From: Histomonas meleagridis 2922-C6/04-290x
Lineage: Eukaryota > Protista > Parabasalia
DNA length: 64,000 nucleotides
Direction: 5' to 3'
Assembly: GCA_020184695.1 (NCBI GenBank)
Contig: JAANOX010000232.1
Coordinates: 124,001 to 188,000, forward strand
Shown here piece by piece: positions 24,045 through 33,986 of this stretch. The notes under the pieces were generated by a model. It ran no database searches and was not told the DNA's origin. It saw only the letters and a program-made list of their open reading frames with translations. Positions within the stretch are counted from its first letter, which is position 1. Every line of letters begins with the position of its first letter. The position numbers and the translations under genes were made by a program.

Positions 24045-24404
24045 TATATAAAAATTCATCGATTTTTTTATTTTATTTCATTATAAATCAAATGACATTT
24101 TAGTTAAATTAAGACATTTTGCTTTAAAAGATCGAATTTGTCAATGAAATATAATTGATTATACATTATTTTTTTCTATGATTTACGCTGAGCTAAGGAA
24201 GTTATACATTGAAAAGCGTTCTGAATTGAAAAAAATATTTGATAAGTTTATGGTGTATAAAATGATGAATTTTATGATAGCATTCAAAATTCAATGTATT
24301 CAACGGTTACTAATAGTCCTGTCTTAAAATTATTTCGAAATTGAACGCTAACGGTTGGCATTAATTTTATGCAAGTTTTTAATTGGCTTTTACTAACAAA
24401 TACA

Positions 24405-25325
24405 TTATTTCTTCTTGAAGAATGGATGCTTCAGCGCTTCACTTGCTGAAATCCTCTGGCTGTAATCCAAATTTATCATTTTATACATTAAGTCCACCAA
24501 ATTAGGATCTTGCAGATTTCGATGTTTCGGTGAAAATAAAGACTCAATCTCTAAATCTGGAGTTTGAACCCATTCACTGTCCCATTCTTGACGTTCTTCA
24601 ATGTTCAATTTTCTGGCTATGTTCCGAAGATTATCTCCTCCAAAGAAATGAGACATTTTCTTAAGAGCAGCAGCTGATGTACGACACTTCCATGGTGGGA
24701 ACTTTCCACCAGAAAGGAGATGAATTATTAACAACCCAACAGCCCATATATCTGAGCTTGTTCCATAGTCTTTGAAACCTAGGAGCATCTCAGGCGATCT
24801 GCAACATAAGGATCCTGCTTTGGGTGACATGCTTTTAGTTACATGGGTTCCACATCCCCAATCAAGTAATTTGACATCCTTAAAATGTGGAGAAATGTTA
24901 ATGTTATCAATTTTTATATCTCTATGAACTATTCCAAGAGCATGAGCTGATGCTAAACCTTCCAAAACGGATCTAATCATGAATTTTAATCTACATAATG
25001 TCAAATGACGAATGATTCTAGATGTTTTGATACTCCTAAGGAACTCAAAAACAAGAAGAGTTTGGTCTTTTTCAATAACTTCATATAATTGAACAATGTG
25101 TGGAGAACCATTTAACTCTTTAAGAAGTTTGATTTCGTTATTGATTAGCTTTTTGCTACCTCGCTCAACAACTTTGACTGCTGCTATATTTTCTTTTTTG
25201 TATATTGCTTTATATACATGTGAGAAATATCCATGTCCAATACATTTCCCAAATTCTAGGTTTGGTACTTCTTGAAAGCTTTTAAGTACTTTTCGTGGTC
25301 CATATGCTGGTCCGTTCTTGCTCAT
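24405..25325 (-). CDS. CMGC kinase, divergent CK2-alpha-like
   Basis: GHGYFSHV, HRDIK, DWG in place of DFG (a CK2 hallmark), SPEMLLG, ALKHPFF. Confidence 0.8.
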   Translation of the reverse strand: MSKNGPAYGPRKVLKSFQEVPNLEFGKCIGHGYFSHVYKAIYKKENIAAVKVVERGSKKLINNEIKLLKELNGSPHIVQLYEVIEKDQTLLVFEFLRSIKTSRIIRHLTLCRLKFMIRSVLEGLASAHALGIVHRDIKIDNINISPHFKDVKLLDWGCGTHVTKSMSPKAGSLCCRSPEMLLGFKDYGTSSDIWAVGLLIIHLLSGGKFPPWKCRTSAAALKKMSHFFGGDNLRNIARKLNIEERQEWDSEWVQTPDLEIESLFSPKHRNLQDPNLVDLMYKMINLDYSQRISASEALKHPFFKKK

Positions 25326-26267
25326 TTTAAAATTTTTGAGGGGAAATCAATGATTTAAACTTGTAAAGAGTTGAATGGTTGTAAGTAAATTTTTAAATAA
25401 ATTCTTTATTGTAAGACGATCATTTCCATCACAAAAAAATCAATACCCGTTGTAAAATGCTCACAGATTTTCCAGCGACTTCACATGTGTCGGAAATCTT
25501 TTTGAAACGGGGTTTTTGACTCATTTATTTAACCGCTTCGTTTGGTTTTTCAAAAAGCTTTTTGAATTTTCTGAGCCAAAATGAAGCTTTTGAAAAAATA
25601 AAGCTTTTTCAATATGTGTTAACAAAATCTTAGCCTGTTCAAAATATTTGTGAGAAAATACGATTGTCAGTACACAAAAAAAATGTCAGATGAACCGCTT
25701 TGCATTCAAAAAGCTATATCGGCGACGGTTTTCGGTACATGAAACTATTAAGCCTGAATTTCTTCTTTACAAAATAATAAAAATTTAAATAACAATTCCC
25801 AATAACAGCACGAAATATTATATAACAATAAATTGATACCAAAATGAAGTTATGAAAATATTCAATTTCTCCAAAATCATGAAATGAATATGCAAAATAT
25901 TTTGAAAGGTACAAAAGTAGGAACTGATACTTAGCAACATATATATCATAAAAATTTTTATGTGAAATAAAGTAATGAATGAAAATTAGAATGATTTTAA
26001 AATCATCATCAACTATAAGAAACCCCCAAACCATGGAAGAAAATACTCGAACTTAACTGGTAACACAATACCAAATGAAGTAAACCAATATCGCTTAGAA
26101 TTCAACAAAAAATCACATATATTTAAGTGTGTCACTTTTTATTCAATTTTTCCTTAAGTAAATTCTTGTGTTGATGAATTAAATCGTAATGTTACATATA
26201 TTTTCGAGCAAATTTTTTGGCTCAATGGTAGTGGTTAACCACCATAGTTGAATCAGCCTAAACTAAG

Positions 26268-27360
26268 AATCCTGATGCATTATGTTCATTAGGAGAATAT
26301 TATGAATATATTGGGAAGAACACGAGTCTTATTCAAAGGTCTGTTGAATGTTATGAAGAAGCAATCTTAAAAAATCATACACGTTCAATGTATAACTTAG
26401 CAAATTTGATTAGTTAATATACCAGGACATATCTTGTGCCACGTAATCCGAAAAGATCAATCGAACTTTTTAACGAAAGCTTCTGAATTAGGTGATTTAA
26501 ATTCGATGAAAAATTAGCTGAAATTTATAGGGAAAAAGATCCTTATAAATCATTATATTATTATGAAAAAGGTTCTGAATTAGGTGATGATGATTGTACT
26601 TATAACTTAGCTTTAATGTATCAAAAAGGTGAAGGAATACCTAAAAATAAAAAGAAATCTTTAGAATTATATCAAAAAGCAGCAAGTAATAACCATGTTC
26701 AAGCATTAACTAATTTAGGTGTTATGTATCATTATGGAAAAGGAGTCGAAAAGGATTTAAATAAAGCATCCGAGTATTATGAAGCTGCTGCTAAAAAAGG
26801 ACATTTAAATGCAATTTATAATTTAGGTGTACTTTATTCACAAGATGAAGAAATGAAAAATATTCCGAAAGCTTTAGAATATTTCGAAATGGCAAGAAAG
26901 AAAGGGGACACAATGGCAATGCATAACATGGCATTAATATATTTAAATGGTAATGGAATAGAACAAAATGTACAAAAAGCTGTCGATATATGTGAAGAAT
27001 TAATTAAAATGAATTACTATAAAGTTATTGATACTTTAATTAAAATTTATGCAAATGGGAAAGGAAATGTTGCCAAAAATCCAAAAAGAGCTTTGGAGTT
27101 ATGTCAATTTATGTTCGATAACCAAAATTTCCAATTTTTAGATGTCGCTATAACAATTGTTACAAAAGAAGAAAAACCCACCAAATAATGAACGAATTTT
27201 GGAAATTTTGGAAAATGGCGCAAAGCAGAATGATCGATTCGCTTTGATAGAATTAATAAGAGTGTATTCAGAAGGCGATTTTGGAGTGGCACCTTCCGAA
27301 GAAAAGATGAATTTCTATCAGGAAAAACTTAATATGACCCCTGAATGCACGATTTGGTAA
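26268..27360 (+). pseudogene. SEL1-repeat protein disrupted by a stop and frameshifts
   Basis: SEL1 repeats (ALTNLGVMYHYGKGVEKD..A.EYY..AA) spread over several frames; in-frame TAA at 26415; frame changes near 26470, 26510 and 27170. Confidence 0.75.
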
Positions 27361-27855
27361 ATAAAATTTCTGATTTTAGTGACGAAATATACACTTGCAT
27401 ATGTAAGTAAGTTTTAATAAAAGATCAATTTTTTCTTCTTTATTAGCATCTGTAAAAAATTGCTTTGAAGTTTACTTGTCGGAAACACAAAAAATTACTT
27501 TTAACATGGATGAAAATAACACACTTGGAGTACATGACAAAATAAATGTTCACTATCATTTTCCTTGATATAAAATTGCTTAGTACATTTTAAATATTGA
27601 CAGTATTTCAAAATGAGATTTAAAAATTATTTTGTTTTAAAACATTTATTCTTGAAATTCATATTGGATATTATGATAAAAAAAAAATACTTTTGATAAG
27701 AATTTTTTGCAACAAAGCATAATAGGACTCATGTTTTACAAATCCTTGGAATTTGTGTTCATTGCTTAACATAAGCCGACTATCAATTTTTTTGATAAAG
27801 TTTGTTTGACATGAAAAGTGATTTCTTCAGATATGTTCAAAGTTTTTTTTTCGAA

Positions 27856-28430
27856 ATGAGTATTACATTTTCACCTACTGTAAGCGCTATTTTTCTTTCA
27901 TATTTTGTTATTATTTTTATACTTATTTTAGTAATTATCATTTGTTCGTGACATTTGTATCTATTTTGTCTGGAATACATTGGAGTAAAATTAGATATGA
28001 TTACTCATTAGATTCTGAAAACATTTGTTACAACTTGTATATTTTATATGTTATGACTACTATTTCATGGGTGTCACCAATTGTTCTTGCCTTTTTTATT
28101 ATAATTTTCTTGATTATTCCAATCAAAATCCGTCAAAAAATCCCTGGTAGGATATACCACATTTATTTAATTATATTATTTTTAATTCTATTATTCAATT
28201 TATCATCAGATATATGCTGCTTTGCTTATTCAGCACCAAATAAGTGTTCAAGCATCAGAAATATCCAAACACAAGCATTGCGATTTGATAAAGAAACATG
28301 TAATAAATATCACTCAAGCATCGAAGCGTTCTTTTATTTGTATGTCATTTCATTTGCACTGGATGTAATTCTTATTTTGTGTCCTTTTTGTAGTTGTCCT
28401 CAGGATAAAGAAAAACAACTTTCAGCGTAA
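27856..28430 (+). pseudogene. Small membrane protein with a frameshift near 27940
   Basis: ATG at 27856 gives MSITFSPTVSAIFLSYFVIIFILILVIIICS*, while the TM-rich, Cys-containing body continues in another frame (27942-28430). Confidence 0.55.
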
Positions 28431-29126
28431 CATATAAAAAATTATGAAGATAAATTAACTTTTAATATGTTGCTATGTAAACCATCGCTTATTGTATTTA
28501 CTTTTTTTTATGAGTGACATTTTTTGTTGTAATATTATTTATTTTGTTATAAATCTTGTAACTCCTCAATAAAAGTTTTATTGTTTATTAAAGATCTATT
28601 ATTGTTATAATACTTACATTTATGAGATTTTATATTTAAAAATTATTTCGAAAATTTATGTTTTTTTTAGGCTCCGCTTTAAAGATACAAGTATCAGGTT
28701 GGGGAGCACCTTATTTACATATGATGTGTAGGTTTAAGACTTTCAGTAGTTGTATTATTAATTCTAGAATAGAAAGCAATACTTGCATTTGCTCTATTAA
28801 CTTTACATTGTTATATTATATATTCCACACAAAGAATGAAAAAAAATTATAATTAAATTAATGCTTTATAATGTCTATAAAAAATTTTGCTTTTACACTC
28901 AAGAAATTTTTAATTAAAGATTACCATAAATAAATGATAGCTTGTAAACGTAATAATTTTTTTCTCAGCCTATTTCCCTTTACATTTCATAGCCCTTTGA
29001 TAAAATCTATTTATATGAGATGACGTGTGGCAAATTGATTTGAGGGGAGTTAAAACTGACATTTTTCATGTTGGAGAAAAAGAGTAACTTACAAGAAAAA
29101 CAATCAAAAACCAGGAACAAAAAGAA

Positions 29127-30332
29127 ATGAAAATCATTAAATCAATTCAACAAATCATATTTGGTTTAAATAAAGAAAATATTTCTCAAGCAGCTCAATC
29201 AATTATTTCCATATTTGATTATAGTTATCCATATTCATTTAATATTGTTATGAGTCATTATGTTATTATCTGTATTTTTATTGAAAAGAATGATTTCGAT
29301 ATATATTTGAATTTTATGAAAGAAATTGAAAAATTTCAAGAAACCAATAAAGTCAAATCTAAAATTTTTGATGTTTTTACTAATTTTCTTCTTTTTGCAA
29401 AATTTATTGACCTCGATCCAAATTACACAGGAATTTACGAGCAAAAATTATATTACCCACTTTTGAAAATGTATGAAAATAATATTCTTGATCTAAAAAT
29501 ATTGAAAGATGAGGAAAATCCATATTTTATCCATTATATGTCTAAAGAAGAAATTTATAAACATTTTAGCTCTTTTAACCAAATCATTGCTAATTATGAA
29601 GAATTATCAAAGAATGATTGGGAACTTCATAAGAAATATATTGAAGAAGGACATAATCCAAATGAAATTGCAAAAATAATTCGAAATGATGAAATTGAAA
29701 AACTTCAAGAAATATCATCACAACCAAAATTTGATTTTAATCAAAGAATTAAACCATCACTTTATGAAAGATGTTCATTTGTTAATAAAAAAAATGTTAC
29801 ATTAATTGAATATGCAGCATTTTTTTCTTCAATTAAATGTTTTAAATATTTACTTATGAATGGTGCAAATGTAGAAAACACAGGTAAATATGCAATTGCT
29901 TGTGGAAATGAAGAAATTATCCATTTATGTGAACAAAATCATTCATCATTTAAAGATGCATATGAAACAGCAATTGAATTTCATCGAAATGATATTTTTA
30001 ATTATCTTTATGAAAATAAAATTATCGAAATTGATGATATAGAAAAATTAGGCTCTCTATGTATTATGTTTTGGAACATTGAAGTTTTTATGTTTTTACA
30101 GAAAAATGGAATGAAAATAAATGAAAATATTCTCAATAATATGGTAAAAATTGGAAATCTTTATCTCATTAAGTATTTTCTGAAAGAAAATCCAATTCCA
30201 AAAAATATTTTTGCATACTCTCCCGAATTAGGGAACATTGAACTCGTTGAATATCTTTTAAATCAAAAAGAAATTGATATTAATGCTAAAGATATTTATT
30301 TGTTTAATATGATATTTGTTACAATAATTTAA
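29127..30332 (+). CDS. DUF3447/ankyrin-repeat protein, N-terminal ORF of cassette locus A
   Basis: YEELSKNDWELHKKYIEEGHNPNEIAKIIRNDEIEKLQ..LIEYAAFFSSIKCFKYLLMNGA; ends in a partial ANK repeat (ELVEYLLNQKEIDINAKD) and runs into spacer 1. Confidence 0.85.
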   Translation: MKIIKSIQQIIFGLNKENISQAAQSIISIFDYSYPYSFNIVMSHYVIICIFIEKNDFDIYLNFMKEIEKFQETNKVKSKIFDVFTNFLLFAKFIDLDPNYTGIYEQKLYYPLLKMYENNILDLKILKDEENPYFIHYMSKEEIYKHFSSFNQIIANYEELSKNDWELHKKYIEEGHNPNEIAKIIRNDEIEKLQEISSQPKFDFNQRIKPSLYERCSFVNKKNVTLIEYAAFFSSIKCFKYLLMNGANVENTGKYAIACGNEEIIHLCEQNHSSFKDAYETAIEFHRNDIFNYLYENKIIEIDDIEKLGSLCIMFWNIEVFMFLQKNGMKINENILNNMVKIGNLYLIKYFLKENPIPKNIFAYSPELGNIELVEYLLNQKEIDINAKDIYLFNMIFVTII

Positions 30333-31129
30333 TATTTTAAAATTTTTATTTGGGAATTATTGAAAATATTTGCAACAGCACTTATTTGTGCATCTGAATT
30401 TGGTTACACCGAAATAGTTAAAATACTTCTTGAGCAAGAAGGAATTGATATTAATGTTAAAGATATTTATTTATTTTGTTTGATATTAATTTCAATAATT
30501 TGATAATTTAAAATAATATCTGGAAATTATGTAAATTAATTGATACAGCACTTATATTAGCATCTCAATTTGGTTACATAGAAATAGTTAAATTACTTCT
30601 TGAACAAAAAGGAATTGATATTAATGCTCAAAATATTTATTTGTTTTATTTGAAATTTATTTTAATAATTTGAAAATTCAAAATAATATTTCGAAATTAT
30701 TTAAATTATTTAACACAGCACTTATTACAGCATCTTATGAAGGTCATACAGAAATAGTAAAATTACTTCTTGAACAAGAAGGAATTGATATTAATGCTAA
30801 AAATATTTATTTGTTTTATTTAATATTTATTTCAATAATTTGATAATTTAAAATAATATTTGGAAATTATATAAATTATTTGATACAGCACTTATTTGTG
30901 CATCTTCAAATGGACATACAGAAATAGTTAAATTACTTCTTGAACAAGAAGGAATTGATATTAATGCTAAAAATATTTATTTGTTTTATTTGATATTTAT
31001 TTTAATAATTTGAAAATTCAAAATATGATTTGGAAATTATATAAATTATTTGATACAGCACTTATGTTAGCATCTGAAAAAGGATATACAGAAATAGTTA
31101 AAATACTAAATGAAAAAGGGGCTAATTAA
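30270..31129 (+). repeat. 170-bp tandem array: 5 ankyrin cassettes with 80/81-nt AT-rich spacers
   Basis: ACAGCACTT at 30375, 30545, 30715, 30885 and 31055 (exact 170 period); cassettes translate as TAL..AS..G..EIVKLLLEQEGIDINAK[D/N]. Confidence 0.97.
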
Positions 31130-31560
31130 AAGAAATTCCCATAAAACGCGATCCCAATAAAGTGATGACAAAAGTGGTTTTGATGAATAAAAATTTGTGA
31201 TAAGAAGAGAAACATAATGTAATCGAAGAGATACAGAGGTAGAATGCGCTATAACAATAGTAATACCAATGGCAGCCCCAATTTCGGGACCAAGTGTACG
31301 TGATAATAAATAAAAACATCCGCCTTCTTTTATTTCTCCATTAGTGGCAATAACACAAATACTTGTAAGTGTTCCAATGGAAACACATGTGGTAATAAAA
31401 TAAAAAGAAGACTATAGCCCCAACCAATGTTTGAAATTGTACGATGTAAAGCAAGAAAATATGTAACACATAGAAGATTATAAAATACAGGAATAAAGAC
31501 ACCAGAAAACCAGTGGAAAGTATGTTTTATATTAATGTGATCTGTTAAATACAGAAATTT
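31130..31560 (-). pseudogene. Fragment of an SLC12/APC-superfamily cation-chloride cotransporter-like gene
   Basis: WFSGVFIPVFYNLLCV.. and IATNGEIKEGGCFYLLSRTLGPEIGAAIG match the SLC12 N-terminal TM signature; frameshifted and truncated. Confidence 0.7.
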
Positions 31561-31599
31561 CCATCATTTATATTAATATTTATTTAAGTCACATTATTT

Positions 31600-33700
31600 T
31601 TAATCTTCATTGGAGTCTTTTTCGGGGGGGGGTTTTCTATTCATTATAAAAAGGACAAGAAAAGTTATTCCATCAATTACCACAGCAGCAATTACAATTA
31701 CAGCAATTGCCCAAGGAGGTGCATCTGTATAAACGACGACAGTACTACTCATTGGTTCAATACCTCCGAATTTTTTATCACCGAAATTTACGGTGACAAT
31801 AACCCTATTATTACCGAACACTGTTTGTTGTACTTTCCAATCATCAGACAAATATTTATGATCAGTCATTTCATAATATCCAGTTAAATAAGAAATTTCT
31901 TCTGCAGTTTTATAAGATTGAACGAATCTATTTTTATATCTTTCCCAAATTGTTTGATTAAACAAAAACATTGGCGGAGTTCCATATAATCGATTAAACA
32001 AATCTCTTTTATCCCATTGAGGAATTACTTTCGAATTATGATCTCCCCAATACCAATAACTTATAACACAATCATGATAAACAAGTTCGAACAAAGGAAT
32101 TCGTAAAGTTTCATCAACCATATATTGAGTTTCTTCAGGAACATAGAGTAAACACTGTTTCTAAATCTCTTCCAGAGTTAGGTACTCTATATTCGCCAGG
32201 ACTCATCATTCCTTCAAAGAAATCGCAATTAGGTATAGCTTGTTCTTTACCATTCTCTGTTCCTACAACAAATCCACGATTTGTATATTCCTATAAAAGT
32301 TCGATTCGGCACAACCAACTCGTGGACATTCTTCAAGTGTTGAACCTGCTGGACATGATAAATTATTTACTGACCATGAAGTAATTATTTGATTATTTTC
32401 ATCAACAATAACATCATCAGGAAATGCATCATAAAAATATGCTGTCGAATTACTTACATAACCTTTGATAATATTTTCAGGATCCATTTGATCTTGATAA
32501 ATATCATATCAACTTGAAAGGATATTAGTCATATTATTATTCATATAATTAACTTCACTGATTGATCCTCCACCTGATGATAATATTCGTTCGATTCCTA
32601 ACGATTGCATTTCGGTATATAATTTGATTTTATTAATATTAAAACTACCAACAGTCCATACATTAACTGAGCCAATTAATTTATCAACGTTTGGACGAGA
32701 TTTAATATTCTCTGTAAATGGTACTAAATATCCTTTTTCTTGCGCATATTTTCGATATCTTTTGGCTATAGAAACATGATTTCCTTCTAAAAAGACATAA
32801 CGAAGTTTTCGAGGATATGAAAAGCGTCCTTTCTCAAGACTAAATCGTGGTTTAATATATAAATATTCTTCATTATAACGGACAACGGCTACTGAACTAT
32901 CATAAGGCGTTTCAAATATTATTATCATTGAACTTTGATCATTTGTTTGACCAACAAACGCCATTGATAAACTATAAATACTATAATAAAATTCATCACG
33001 TCCAAGAAGTTCGGTTAAATCAACAGGAAGTGTGATGCCTTCACAGTATGGAAGTACAATACGATCTCTAAGTGAAGAAATAAATGGAAACGGATAATCT
33101 GGTGGAAGAATTTCGGAGTCATTGTTATCAAGAGCAACTGTAGATCGAAATCCATCCTCTAAAAGTTCAATATTAAAGTGAATAAGATTATCTGGTGTAA
33201 TTGTATCAATAGAAATTGTACTACTGGTAGTTTTTAAATTTATTGTAGTGCCACCAATAGTTTGTCTACGTTGAGTCAAGTTCGTTGGGTGGTTTTATCA
33301 TAAATTGTCATATTTAATAAAAGAGTATCATATGTTAATTTGATGTTTGATGGGCGCATCGTAGTGACCAGTTATATCCCACTTTATAGATTTAAACTTA
33401 AAATTGGTAATAACTCTTCCGACAAAACGAAATGTGAAATTACGTGAATTTCCTGGAATAATCCATTTTCTAGTATAAGTAGTATATTCGCCAGGTGAAT
33501 CAACAACTGGATATGATTGAAATGACCAATCAGGTTCATTTTTAAAATCGTATGGAATGATTTGAAATTTAGCATCTCCTTTTATATAAAAAACATCGCC
33601 AGTAACAGTTGTTTCATCACCGGGTTGACATGAGATACGAGGTGATGTAACAGAATAATCTTTTTCGCCAATATGTGAAAAAGAAAATTCATTATCTGTT
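31600..33700 (-). pseudogene. Disrupted membrane-anchored glycoside-hydrolase-like gene (bacterial DUF5696/GH101-like)
   Basis: Collinear fragments: IAKRYRKYA..RPNVDKLIGSVNVW; SS*YDIYQD; VGTENG..FFEGMMS..YRVPNSGR; RIPLFELVYHDCVISYWYWGD..KRDLFNRLYGTPPMF; C-terminal TM helix. Confidence 0.7.
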
Positions 33701-33986
33701 TGTTGGAGTTCAGTTTCACAATCTTAATGCTTGCGAATTTTATATTAAAGAAGTAATTACATGAGGACGCATCTAATGATCTGCTTGTTTTCGGGGTACG
33801 TAAGCAGAGGTTTGATTCACTGATAAATATCAGCTGATAACGATATATCGATATATGATCAACCGAAGCGACTGTGAAGTTTGCAAACGGTTTTTTGATT
33901 GGATTCAAATTTTCCATTGTTACACCCAAATTTGAAATAATTTTGTCAATTGTGTGCGTTAAACCTCACAAAAAAGTTACATAAAA

